Of a stretch of 64,000 nucleotides of DNA, positions 26,548 to 39,217 are shown piece by piece. This DNA comes from Squalus acanthias. Its lineage: Eukaryota. Below the pieces are notes generated by a model that did no database searches, was not told the origin of the DNA, and saw only the letters and a list, made by a program, of their open reading frames with translations. The stretch covers positions 186,001 to 250,000 of the forward strand of contig JASTWF010000357.1 of assembly GCA_030390025.1 (NCBI GenBank), written 5' to 3'. Within the stretch, counting starts at the first letter, position 1, and the number at the start of each line of letters is the position of its first letter. The position numbers were made by a program, and so were the translations under genes.

Positions 26548-26718
26548 TCTACGGTCTGTCGGTCTCACAGATTCTTGTGCCGAGGATCTCGCCTCCGCTC
26601 TCAGTACAAACCGCTCACTGACGGATCTGGAACTGGGTCGTAATAAACTGGGAGACTCAGGAGTGAAACTATTGTTTGCGGCTCTGAGGAACCCGGACTG
26701 TAAAATACAGAAACTGAA
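26548..26718 (+). CDS. NLR LRR exon (171 bp, two RI-type LRRs)
   Basis: cccag|T...AA|gtaagt; LRSVGLTDSCAEDLASALSTNRSLTDLELGRNKLGDSGVK... Confidence 0.93.
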
Positions 26719-26859
26719 GTAAGTACCAGACTGTGTGAGATTGTGTTTATAGTAACTGGATGTCTGACACTGAACATTATTATTAGTATCAGTAATAGTG
26801 TTATTAATATTCTCTGGGGATTGACTCTGATTCCTGTTATTTCTCTCTCTGATCCCCAG

Positions 26860-27030
26860 TCTATGGAGTGTCGGTCTCACAGATTCTTGTGCCGAGGATC
26901 TCGTATCCGCTCTCAGTACAAACCGCTCACTGACGGATCTGGACCTGATCGACAATAATCTGGGAAATTCAGGAATGAAACTATTGTCTGTGGCTCTGAG
27001 GAACCCGGACTGTAAAATACAGAAACTGGG
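26860..27030 (+). CDS. NLR LRR exon (171 bp)
   Basis: GT-AG, phase 2-2; LWSVGL...DLDLIDNNLGNSGMK. Confidence 0.93.
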
Positions 27031-27171
27031 GTAAGTACCAGACTGTGTGAGATTGTTTTTATAATAACTGGATGTCTGACACTGAACATTATTATTAGTA
27101 TCAGTAATAGTGTTATTAATAAACACTGGGGATTGACTCTGATTCTTGTTATTTCTCTCTCTGATCCCCAG

Positions 27172-27342
27172 GCTGTGTGATGTCGGTCTCACAGATTCTT
27201 GTGCCGAGGATCTCGCCTCCGCTCTCAGTACAAACCGCTCACTGACGGATCTGAACCTGAGCGACAATAATCTGGGAGATTCAGGAGTGAAACTATTGTC
27301 TGTGGCTCTGAGGAACCCGGACTGTAAAATACAGACACTGGA
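27172..27342 (+). CDS. NLR LRR exon (171 bp)
   Basis: GT-AG, phase 2-2; LCDVGL...DLNLSDNNLGDSGVK. Confidence 0.93.
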
Positions 27343-27481
27343 GTAAGTACCAGACTGTGAGATTGTATTTATAATAACTGGATGTTTGACACTGTACATT
27401 ATTATTAGTATCAGTAATAGTGTTGTTAATAAACTCTGGGGATTGACTCTGATTCCTGTTATTTCTCTCTCTGATCCACAG

Positions 27482-27652
27482 TCTACAGGCTGTCGGTCTC
27501 ACAGATTCTGGTGCCAAGGATCTCGCCTCCGCTCTCAGTACAAACCGCTTACTGACGGATCTGAACCTGGGATTTAATAAACTGGGAGATTCAGGAGTGA
27601 AAATACTGTCTGCGGCTCTGAGGAACCCGGACTGTAAAATACAGACACTGGA
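27482..27652 (+). CDS. NLR LRR exon (171 bp)
   Basis: GT-AG, phase 2-2; LQAVGL...DLNLGFNKLGDSGVK. Confidence 0.93.
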
Positions 27653-27793
27653 GTAAGTACCAGACTGTGTGAGATTGTTTTTATAATAATTGGATGTCTG
27701 ACACTGAACATTATTATTAGTATCAGTAATAGTGTTATTAATAAACTCTGGGGATTTACTCTGATTCCTGTTATTTCTCTCTCTGATCCACAG

Positions 27794-27964
27794 TCTATTG
27801 CTTAACGATCTCACAGATTTTTGTGCCGAGGATCTCGCCTCCGCTCTCAGTACAAACCGCTCACTGACGGATCTGAACCTGAGCAACAATAATCTAGGAG
27901 ATTCAGGAGTGAAACTAGTGTCTGTGGCTCTGAGGAACCCGGACTGTAAAATACAGAAGCTGCA
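27794..27964 (+). CDS. NLR LRR exon (171 bp)
   Basis: GT-AG, phase 2-2; LLLNDL...DLNLSNNNLGDSGVK. Confidence 0.93.
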
Positions 27965-28105
27965 GTAAGTACGAGACTGTGTGAGATTGTGTTTATAATA
28001 ACTGGCTGTCTGACACTGAACATTATTATTAGTATCAGTAATAGTGTTATTAATAAACTCTGGGGATTGACTCTGATTCCTGTTATTTCTCTCTCTGATC
28101 CCCAG

Positions 28106-28273
28106 GCTGGGTTATGTCGGTCTCACAGATTCTTGTGCCGAGGATCTCGCCTCCGCTCTCAGTACAAACCGCTCACTGACGGATCTGAACCTGGCGGTAA
28201 ACTCCTTCACAGACCGATCTGTCCCCGCTCTCCGCCGCCTCATACTGACCTGCCGCAGTCTGGAGCGGATCCG
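28106..28273 (+). CDS. NLR penultimate LRR exon (168 bp)
   Basis: cccag|G...CG|gtgagt; LGYVGL...NSFTDRSVPALRRLILTCRSLERI. Confidence 0.92.
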
Positions 28274-28372
28274 GTGAGTGTTTGTGTTAATATTTAATGT
28301 AATGAATAAAATATCAATGGGATTCAGTCACTTTTCTGATTAATATTTGTCAGTAATTATTATTGAAATATT

Positions 28373-29111
28373 GGCCCAGAAATTAAACACTGAGCGTTCC
28401 TGCGGGGGTAAGGCTTCCCCGCGATATCTCACTGCGCGCCTAACTTTTTCCTCCGGGCCCACACGAACTTTAGTTTCAAGGCTGCAGCTGTGCAGTGCTT
28501 GCGTGACCCAGAGACGCAGTTAGTTCGTGCGAGCTCTGGGATCACGTGATTCAGTTAGAGCCAATGGCAGCACACCATCTTTCATTCATAGTTTTAACAG
28601 CAAGGGCTGTCAAAGCTATGAATCTTACACCCCCCCAAAAGAACAGCTAAACCTCAATTGAATTTAAAAAAAGCCATCCCATTAATAAAATAAGTATAGT
28701 TAAATAAATTAACCACTTTAAACAAAAAATTCAATTTTTGAAAAAATGTAAAATCTTTTTAAAAGTTATAAAAATAAACTTACCTTTCTTTAAAGTCTCT
28801 AAAAAAGATAAACCTGTTGAAAAAAAATAAATAATACTTAATTAACTACTTACCTTGTTAAAAGAGGGTCTTACGCCTCCTTTCTTTGTGTAAAATCTTC
28901 CATGCTCACCTGCGCGTTCAAAGCACTAAGTGCACTGCGTGCGCGCAGCCTGTAGCGCGCACGCGGTTCACTTAGGAACCGCCCCCTTTTGAGTTCACTA
29001 AGTGCCTGTTTCCCGCGCATGCGCAGTGCATGCTGGAAACCGGCAATTGGAGACCTAAAACGCGGGAGTACACAGTGCGTACTCTCGCGTATTAGGTCTA
29101 ATTTTCGGGCC
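28373..29111. mobile_element. Harbinger-type MITE in the last NLR intron
   Basis: TIRs ggcccagaaatta / taattttcgggcc; 3-bp TSD att; paralog at 47477. Confidence 0.88.
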
Positions 29112-29187
29112 ATTAACCCCAGTCTCGCGGTTATTTACACTGATGTTCAATCTGTTTATTTCCTGTTTAATCTTTAATCTATTTCAG

Positions 29188-29275
29188 GCTGTTGGTGAAT
29201 CGGTTCAGTTCATCCGGAAAGAAACAGCTGGAGTTACTGCAGGGAACAAGACCCGGATTGAGTGTGACAGTGTGA
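29188..29275 (+). CDS. NLR terminal exon
   Basis: tttcag|GCTG...GTGTGA; LLVNRFSSSGKKQLELLQGTRPGLSVTV*. Confidence 0.88.
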
Positions 29276-29467
29276 ACATTTCAATTGATGACGTCACTGC
29301 GCTCATTATGTGAGCATTTCCGGCCGTTGATTTGATTTTAATTTAATTTAAGGGTTTCCAGCTCGAGCTGATCGCGTCATCACCCATTGTGAGGTCAGAG
29401 GCCCAGCCACAGGGTCACGTGACTCAGCCGCTCCCAGGCTGCACCCCTTTCAAAATGGATGTGAGAG

Positions 29468-29782
29468 TTTCTGCAAATTGCAGAGTCTGTCTGAGTGTTT
29501 CTGTAAGTGAGTGGGTGACTGTGTGTCTGCAAATTGCAGAGTCTGTGTGAGTGTGTCTGTAAGTGAGTGGGTGACTGTGTGTCTGCAAATTGCAGAGTCT
29601 GTGTGAGTGTGTCTGTAAGTGAGTGGGTGACTGTGTGTCTGCAAATTGCAGAGTCCGTGTGAGTGTGTCTGTAAGTGAGTGGGGTTTTGTTTTTTCTGCA
29701 AATTGCAGAGTCTGTGAGTGTGTCTGTATGTGAGTGGGGTTTTGTTTTTTCTGCAAATTGCAGAGTCTGTGTGAGTGTGTGT
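29468..29782. repeat. 56-bp minisatellite (~5.5 copies) downstream of the NLR stop codon
   Basis: Unit ctgcaaattgcagagtctgtgtgagtgtgtctgtaagtgagtgggtgactgtgtgt. Confidence 0.9.
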
Positions 29783-29786
29783 ATCA

Positions 29787-30898
29787 TGTTACTGTAAATT
29801 TTAGTTCAATGTGGGTGGGAGGGAGACTGTGAGTGGCAGACAGACAGACAGTCAGTGATAGCGGGAGAGACAAAAATCAAAAGGCAAGTAGCAGAATAGA
29901 AAGCCTCTTTCTGTAGGCCACAGAGTGAAAAGATAAGATACTGAAAAGTGCCTTTTTGGTTTTAATCTTCCAACACGGCAGTGAAGGATCCAGCTAGTTC
30001 CCAAAGAATTCAGGGATACTTGGCCAGGATTAACCCTCCCAAAGAAGGTAACTGTAAGAAATAGCTCACTGAAAGGTTCAGCTTGTTCCCAAAGAATTCT
30101 GGGATACTTGACTATGTTTAACCCTCTCATAAAAAAGGCACTTGTAAGGAATAGCTGTAGATTCAAAGATGGGGCTTAATTAAAACGGAGACTGACAACA
30201 TGCAGCTGGGAACAGATAGCAGGGATGTAAGTGAGGTCGAATATCGAACATCAAAGACCAGTAAAAGTGATAAGGGGATCGCAAAATGCAAGGAACAGGC
30301 ACTTTCGCAGGCTGCAAGGTCTCTATTCACTAATTAAACTTGGGGATGTGTATTCACAGCGCCTTAGTGGAGTCACTGTCCAAGCACGGCCTGTCCTCCC
30401 AGGAGATAAGGGTACCAATTATCAAACATGGTACGAGTTCGCTGGACACATGAATCACTGTGGCTTTGTGCTTGTTCGGCAGTTAAGGGTAAAACTGGTC
30501 CTCTCGAACAATAAACTATGCTTATAGCGACGAAGATATATCAACAGGAATGTGGAGGTAGGGTTACTCCCAACATCTGTGTCCAGCATGGGCAGGGGAG
30601 GGGCACCTGAGTTCAGGGGATGGACCCAACAGTTGAGTGACTAAACACCGAAACCAATAAAGAGTAACTGTGGTGACGTTGTTTGTACGTGTACTCCCCC
30701 ATTCTGTAGTAAGTGGTCGTTGCTTATAGAACTGTATATCTTGAATGGACCGCTGTTTTTCCTTTGTGAGTGCACCTCAAGCTTGAGGAAGCTGGGTGGC
30801 TCCCCTTGTGCACAAGTCTCTCTTAGTTGTTTTAATAAATGTTGTTCTTGTCCTCAATTCCATCTCCGTCTCGAGTTTCTCCAAATTCGAATCGAACA
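29787..30898 (+). mobile_element. Probable ERV solo LTR (~1.1 kb)
   Basis: TGTT...AACA ends; flanks gtatca/gtatcc; internal duplicated ~90-bp block near 29990-30160; AATAAA at ~30834. Confidence 0.65.
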
Positions 30899-31712
30899 GT
30901 ATCCTCTACACCAGGGAATAAAGTTACAGTTAATAGTTAATTTACACATGGTATCCTCTACACTGTGGAATAAAGTAACAGTTAATTCTTAATTTATACA
31001 TGTTATCCTCTACACCAGGGAAGATAGTTACAGTTTATTGTTAATTTACACATGGTGTGCTCTACACCAGAAAATAAAGTTACAGATAATTGTTAATTTA
31101 CACATGGTATGCTGTACACCGTTGAATAACGTTAATTGCTAATTTACACAAGGTATCCTCTAAACCAGGGAATAAAGTTACAGTTAATTCTAAATTTACA
31201 CCAGGGGAAAAAATACAATTACTTATTAATTTACACATTGTATCCACTACAGCTGTGATTAAAGTAACAGTTAATTGTTAATTTACACCAGTTATCCTCT
31301 GCACCGTGGAAAAAGTTAGTTAATTTTTCATTCACACATGGTATCTTCTACACCTGGGAATAAAGTTACAGTTAATTGTTAACTTGCACGTGGTATCCTC
31401 TACACCAAGTATTAAAGTTACAGTTAATAGTTAATTTACATCTGGTATCCTCTACACTGTGGAATAAAGTAAAAGTTAATTCTTAATTTATACATGGCAT
31501 CCTCTGCACCATGGAAAAAGTTAGTTAATTGTTAATTTAAACATGGTATCCTCTACACCAGTGAATAAAGTTACAGTTAATTGTTAATTTACACATGGTA
31601 TCCCTTACACCAGGGAATAAAGTTACAGTTAATAGGTAATTTACATCTGGTATCCTCTGCACCGTGGAAAAAGTTACAGTTAATTGATCATTTACCCATG
31701 GTATCCTCTACA

Positions 31713-32668
31713 CTGAGGGAACTAGAAGTAATATCTCCAAGTTGGGAGCCGACAAAAAGCTGGGTGTGCGTGTGTGTTGTGAGGAGGTTGCAGAGAAACT
31801 CCAGTATGATTTGGACACGTTGGCTGATTGGGCAGATGCATGGCATATGCAGTATAATGTGGATAAATAAGAGGTTATCCACTTTGGTGGCAAAAACAGG
31901 AAGACAGATTATTATCTGAACGGCAATAGATTGGGAAAAGGGGAAGTGCAACGAGCCTGGGTGTCCTTGTGCACCAGTCGCTGAAGGTAAGCATGCAGGT
32001 GCAGCAGGCGGTTAAGAAGGCAAATGGTATGTTGGCCTTCATAGCGTGAGGATTCGAGTGCAGGAGCACGGATGTCTTGCTGCAGTTGTACAGGGCCTTG
32101 GTGAGACCACACCTTGAGTACTGTGTGCAGTTTTGGTCGCCTTATCTGAGGAAGGATGTTCTTAAAATGGAGGGAGTGCAGCTAAGAGTCACAAGACTGA
32201 TACCTGGGGTGGCAGGAATGACGTATGAAGAGAGATGGGACATTTGGGTTTGTATTCGCTGGAGTTTAGATGAATGAGAGAGGATCTCATTGAAACTTAA
32301 AAAATTCTAACAGCACTAGACAGACTAGATGCAGGAAGGATGTTCCCGAAGGCGGAGGAGTCCAGAACCAGGGGTCACAGTCCAAGGATAAGGGGTAAGC
32401 CATTTAGGTCTGAGATGAGGAGGAATTTCTTCACCCAGAGAGTGGTGAACCTGTGGAATTCTCTACCACAGAAGGCAGTTGAGGCCAATTAATTAAATAT
32501 ATTCAAGAAGGAGTAAGATGTATTTCTTAAGGCTAAAGGGATCAAGGGATATTGGGAGAAAGCAGGGACAGGGTACTGAATTTGGATGATCAGCCATGAT
32601 CTCATTAAATGGCGGAGCAGGCTCGAGGGGCCGAATGGCCTACTCCTGCTCCTATCTTCTATGTTTCT
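31713..32668 (+). mobile_element. CR1 3' fragment
   Basis: LVRPHLEYCVQFWSP; CR1 tail; many stops. Confidence 0.9.
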
Positions 32669-33311
32669 AAATGTACAGTTAATTGTCAATTTACACATGG
32701 TATTCACTACACCAGGGAATAAAGTTACAGTTAATTCTAAATTTACACCAGGGAAAAAAAATACAATTACTTATTAATTTACACATTGTATCCTCTACAC
32801 TGTGGAATTAAAGTAACAGTTAATTGTTAATTTACACCAGGTATCCTCTGCACCGTGGAAAAAGTTACAGAGAATGTTTCATTTACACATGGTATCCTCC
32901 ACACTAGGGAATAAAGTTACAGTTAATTGTTAATTTACACAAGGAATACTCTACACCGGGGAATAAAGTTACAGTTAATTGTTAATTTACACACGGTATC
33001 CTCTACACCGGTGAATAAAGTTACATTTATTTGTTAATTTTCACATGGTATCCTCTACACCAGGGTATAAAGTTACAGTTAATAGTTAATTTACATCTGG
33101 TATCCTCTACACCAGGGTATAAAGTTACAGTTAATAGTTAATTTACATCTGGTATCCTCTACACTGTGGAATAATGTAACAGTTAATTCTTAATTTATAC
33201 ATGGTATTCACTGCAGCGGCGAATAAAGTTACATTTAATTGTTAATTTAAACATGTTATCCTCTACACCTGGGAATAAAGTTACAGTTAATTGATTATTT
33301 GCACCTGGTAT

Positions 33312-36300
33312 GTCCCAGGGGGAGTATTTGCTTGTGCTGTTGGGGAGGGTTTAAACTAAAATGGCAGGGGGTTTGGGAACCTGTGCAGGGAGACAGAGGA
33401 AAGGGAAGCAAGGATAGAAACAAAAGACAGGAAGGAGAAAAGCAAAAGTGGAAGGCAGAGAAATCAAGGCTGTAAATCAAACAGGGCCACATTAAATAAT
33501 AATTCTAAAAGTACTAAGTGTGTTAAAAAATCAAGACTGAAGGCTTTGTGTCTTAATGCGAGGATCATTCGTACTAAGGTGGATGAATTAGCTGCGCAAA
33601 TAGATGCAAAAGGATGAGATATAATTGGGATTACGGAGACATGGCTCCAGGATGTCCAAGTCTGGGAATTCAACATCCAGGGGTATTCAATATTCAGGAA
33701 GGACAGGAAAAAAGGAAAATGAGGTGGGGTAGCATTGCTGGTTAAAGAGGAGATTAACACAATATTAAGGAAGGATATTGGCTCTGATGTCGTGGAATCA
33801 ATATGGGTAGAGCTGAGAAATAGCAAGGGGCAGAAAACGTTAGTGGGAGCTGACATGAATCTGTCATTCATAAAAGAAAGACTTATGAAATAATACTGAG
33901 TGGCCTGGGGGTGGCGCTGTCCAGGGAGAGTATAAATACTCGGGCACGGGCTCAGCTTGCACAGGACATTCTTAACAGGAACTATATGGACAAAACGAGA
34001 CCTCCATGTTGTAATACTGTTGATTGTTCAACGCTTAGACCAAGTGCCTAATAGTTTTCTTACGTCAGGAGTTGTATACAGACCCCCAAACAGTAATGGT
34101 GAGGTTGGGGATGGCATTAAATGGGAAAATAGAGACCCGTGCAATAAGGGCACAGCAGTTATCATGGGTGACTTTAATCTACATATAGATTGGGCTAACC
34201 AAATTAGTAACAATACTGTGGAGGAGGAATTCCGAGAGTGTATACGGGATGGTTTCCTGGACCAATATGTCAAGGAACCAACTAGAGATCAGTCCATCTT
34301 AGACTGGGTATTATGTAATGAGAAAGGATTAATTAGCAATCTTGTTGTGCGAGGCCCCTTGGGGAGGAGCGATCATAATATGATAGAATTCTTCATTAAA
34401 ATGGAGAGTGAAGTAGTTGACTCAGAGACTATGGTCTTGAATTTAATTGAAGGAAACTACAATGGTATGAGGCACGAGTTGGCTAGGACGGATTGGGGAA
34501 CATTACTTAAAGTGATGACCGTGGATTGGCAATGGCAAACATTTAAAGATCACACGGTGGAACTACAGAATTAGTTCATCCCTGTTTGGCATAAAAATAA
34601 AACAAAAATGGTGCCTCAACCGTGGCTAACGAGGGAAATTAGGGATAGCACAAGATCCAAGGAGAGGACAAATAATTTGCCCAGAAAAAGCAACAAACCT
34701 GAGGATTGGGAGCAGTTTAGGTTTCAGCAAAGGAGGAAACAGGGATTAATTAAGAGGGCGAAAATAGATTATGAGTGTAAACTCCCAGAGAACATAAAAA
34801 CTGACTATAAAAGCTTCTATAGATGGGTGAAGAGAAAAAGATTGGTGAAGTCAAGTGTAGGTCCCTTGCATTCAGAATCAGGGGAACTTATAATGGGAAA
34901 CAAAGAAATGGCAGACCAATTAAATATATACTTTGTTTCTGTCTTCAAAAAGGAGGACACAAATTAACTCCCAGAGATGTCGGGGAAAGTAAAGTCTAAT
35001 GAGAGGGAGGAATTGAATGAAATCAGTATTTGTATGGAAATGGTGTTAGGGAAATTGCCGGGATTGAAGCCCGATAAATCCCCAAGGCCTGATAATCTAC
35101 ATCCTAGGGTACTTAAGGAAGTGGCCCTAGAAATAGTAGATGCATTGCGGGTCATCGTACAACATTCTATAGAATCTGCAACAGTTCCCATGGATTGGAG
35201 GATAGCAAATGTAACCCCACTATTTAAAAAAGGTGTTTCAGAGAAAACGGGGAATTATAGACTGATAAGTCTGACATCCTTAGTGGGGAAAAAGCTAGAG
35301 TCCATTATAAAAGATGTAATAGCAGAGCACTTGGAAAACAGTGACAGAATCGGACAAAGTCAACATGGATTTACAAAAGGTAAATCATGCATGACTAATC
35401 TACTGGAATGTTATGAGGATGTAACTGGTCGAATAGATAAGGGAGAACCAGTGGATGTGGTGTATTTGGACTTTCAGAAGGATTTCGATAAGGTCCCGCA
35501 TAAGAGATTAGCGTGCAAAGTTAAAACACTCGGGGTTGGGGGTAAGGTACTGTCTTGGATAGAGAACTGGTTGGCAGACAGGAAGCAAAGAGTTGGAATA
35601 AACGGGTCTTTTTCCGAGTGGCAGGCAGTGACTACTGGGGTACCGCAGGGATTGGTGCCAAGACCCCAGCTATTCACAATATATATAAATGATTAGACGA
35701 GGGAACTAGAAGTAATAACTCCAAGTTTGCAGATGACACAAAGCTGGGTGGGCGTGTGTGCTGTGAGGAGGATGCAGAGAAACTCCAGTATGATTTGCAC
35801 AGTTTGGTTAATTGGGCAGATGCATGGCAAATGCAGTATAATGTGCATAAATGCGAGGTTCTCCACTTCGGTGGCAAAAACAGGAAGGCAGATTATTATC
35901 TGAACAGCAATAGATTGGGAAAACGGGAAGTGCAACGAGACCTGGGAGGCCTTGTGCACCAGTCTCTGAAGGTAAGCATGCAGGTGCAGCAGGCGGTGAA
36001 GAAGACAAATGGTATGTTGGCCTTCATAGCGAGAGGATTCGAGTACAGGAGCAAGGATGTCTTGCTGCAGTTGTACAGAGCCTTGGTGAGACCACACATT
36101 GAGTATTGTGTGCAGTTTTGGTCACCTTATCTGAGGAAGGATGTTCTTGCCATGGAGGGACTGCAGCGAAGATTCACCAGACTGATACCTGGGATGGCAG
36201 GAATGACGTATGAAGAGAGATTGGGTCGATTAGGCTTATATCCGCTAGAGTTTAGAAGAATGAGAGGGGATCTCATTGAAAATTATAAAATTCGAACAGT

Positions 36301-36643
36301 ACTAGACAGACTAGATGCAGGAAGGATGTTCCCGATGGCGGGGAGTCCAGAACCAGGGGTCACAGTCTAAGGATAAGGGGTAAGCCATTTAGGACTGAGA
36401 TGAGGAGGAATTTCTTCACCCAGAGAGTGGTGAACCTGTTGAATTCTCTACCACAGAAGGCAGTTGAGTCCAATTCATTAAATATATTCAAGAAGGAGTT
36501 AGATATATTTCTTAAGGCTAAATGGATCAAGGGATATGGGGAGAAAGCAGGGACACGGTACTGAATTTGGATTATCAGCCATGATCGCATTGAATGGCGG
36601 AGCAGGACCAAGGCCTACTCTTGCTCCTATCTTCTATGTTTCT
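33312..36643 (+). mobile_element. CR1 with near-complete degenerate ORF2 (APE endonuclease + RT)
   Basis: LCLNAR, GITETW, VYRPP, MGDFN, SDHN and RT motifs; stops and frameshifts. Confidence 0.93.
33851..34067 (+). mobile_element. Small solo LTR (217 bp) inserted in CR1
   Basis: TGACAT...ACGTCA ends; TSD ggagc/ggagt; internal tataaata; removal restores CR1 LVGVVYRPP. Confidence 0.7.
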
Positions 36644-39217
36644 GTGTATCCTCTATATCAGGCAATAAACCTGCAGTTAATTGTTAATGTACACATGGTG
36701 CCCTATACACCAGGGAATAAAGTTACAGTTAATTGTGAATTTACACAGGGTATCCTCTACACCGGGAATAAATAGACAGTTAATAGTTAATTTACATCTG
36801 ATATCCTCTACACTGTGGAATAAAGTAACAGTTAATTCTTAATTTATACATGGTAACCTCTACACTGGGGAATAAATGTACAGCTAATTGTTAATTTAAA
36901 GATGTTATCCTCTACACCAGGGAAAAACGTTACAGATTATTGTTTATTTACACATGGTATTCTCTACACCGGTGAATAAAGTTAGCGTTAATTCCTAATT
37001 TACTTATGGTATCCTCCGCAACAGGGAACAAAGTTACAGTTAATTCTAAATTTATACCGGGGAAAAAAATTACAATTAATTGTTAATTTACTCATAGTTT
37101 ATTCCCAGGTGTAGAGAATACAAACAGTTAATTGTTCATTTACACAAGGTATCCTCTGCACCGTGGAAAAAGTTACAGTTGATTGTTCATTTACACATTC
37201 TATCCTCTACACTAGTGAATAAAATTACACTCAATTGTTAATGTACACATGGGATCCTCTACACCAGGGAATAAACTTACAGTTAATTTTTAATTTACAT
37301 ATGGTATTCTCTAAACCGGGGAATAAAGTTAATGTTAATTGCTAATTTGCACATGGAGTCCATTACACCGTGAATTAAGTTTACAGTTAAATGTTACTTT
37401 ACACATGATATCCTCTACTCCGCGAAATAAAGTTACAGTTAATTGTTCATTTACACATTTTATCCATTCACCGAGGAATAAAGTTATAGTTAATTGTTCA
37501 TTTACACATGGTATCCTCTACACCAGGGAATGAATTTACAGCTAATTGTTAATTTACACATGGTAACTTCTCGACCAGGGAATAAAGGTATAGTCAATTG
37601 TTAAGTTAGACATGGTATCCTCTACACCAGGGAATAAAGTTACAGTTAATTGTTAATTTACACATGATATCCTCTGCACCAGGGAAAAAAAATAAAGTTA
37701 ATTGTTAATTTACATATGGTATCCTCTGCACCGTGGTAAAAGTTACAGTTAATTGTTCATTTACACAAGGTATCATCTACACTGGGCAATGAAGTTACAC
37801 ATAATTGTTAATTTACACATGGTATCCTCTAAACCAGTGAATAAATTTACAGTTAATTGTTAATTTACACATGGTATACACAACGCCAGGGAATATAGTT
37901 ACAGATAATTGTTAATTTACAGATGGTATCTTCTACACCAGGGAATATAGTTACAGATAATTGTTAATTTACACATGGCATCCTCTACACCAGGGAATAA
38001 ATTTACAGTTAATTGTTAATTTACACATGGTATACACAACACCAGGGAATATAGTTACAGATAATTGTTCATTTACACATGGCATCCTCTACACCAGGGA
38101 ATATAGTTACAGATAATTGTTAATTTACACATGGCATCCTCTACACCAGGGAATATAGTTACAGATAATTGTTAATTTACACATGGTATACACAACGCCA
38201 GGTAATATAGTTACAGATAATTGTTAATTTACAGATGGTATCTTCTACACCAGGGAATATAGTTACAGATAATTGTGAATTTACAGATGGTATCCTCTAC
38301 ACCAGGGAATATAGTTACAGATAATTGTTAATTTACAGATGGTATCCTCTACACCAGGGAATATAGTTACAGATAATTGTTAATTTACACATGGCATCCT
38401 CTACACCAGGGAATATAGTTACAGATAATTGTTAATTTACACATGGGGCCAAAAATTCGGCACGGACGCACTGTGTACTCACCCGGTTTCCTGCATGCAC
38501 TGCGCATCCCCGGGAAACCGGAACTTACGGTGTCCTGAAGGAAATGGTTCGTAGTTGAATTGCGTGCGCCGGAGAGGCAGCGCGTGCGGATTGAACTTCG
38601 GTATTTTTCACAATGGGTGTAGTGCGGGTAAATCCCCGGCAGCTGCGCTTTTAAAAAGCAAGAGTAAAACCTTGTGAGAAGCACCGGAACACCCAGGAAG
38701 AAGAAATCTTTCACCAGTGGGGCTACTAAACTGAAAATTTTTAATTCTGAAAAGGGAGCAAAGTTTTTTTCATAAAGTCTGAGATAAGTTTCCAATTGTA
38801 ATTTTTTTTTAAAAATGGGTTTTGACCATTTGGAGTAGTGTAGTTATAAGGAACAACTCTCGCTGTGTGCAAGGCCTAATTGAATTAGATTGTTTTCGTA
38901 AATATGAAAATGACTGTTTAAAAATGAATTATTTAACATTTCCAAAAGTTTAAAAAAAGAAAATGATAACCAATTATATTCCTTTAAGTAAGTAGGTATG
39001 ACTTTCTGAAAATGTTACAGTTATTGGAAAATCATCTCCGGCCGTGATATTCATCAGGCGGGTATGACGTGTTCCCAATCCGATACCGCACGTTTCACAC
39101 CATAGCCCGACGTGATTTTCTAGCCACTCACTTTATTAAAATTACTTTAACAACTCTTTCCATTTTTTCCTTACAAGTACTTAATCTGTTTAAAGAGGAA
39201 GCCTGTGTGGGAGAAAC

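Larger units (their letters stand above)
30899..38445. repeat. AT-rich ~52-bp satellite interrupted by two CR1s
   Basis: Unit ggtatcctctacaccagggaataaagttacagttaattgttaatttacacat in 30899-31712, 32669-33310 and 36645-38445. Confidence 0.95.

Noticed and set aside
26236..27889. Minus-strand 387- and 198-aa repeated ORFs
   Set aside because: Antisense shadows of the LRR exon/intron cassettes (period 312 is a multiple of 3)
4066..29275. Gene symbol NLRP3 or NLRC3
   Set aside because: No PYD evidence; looks like a lineage-expanded NLR and orthology cannot be set by eye
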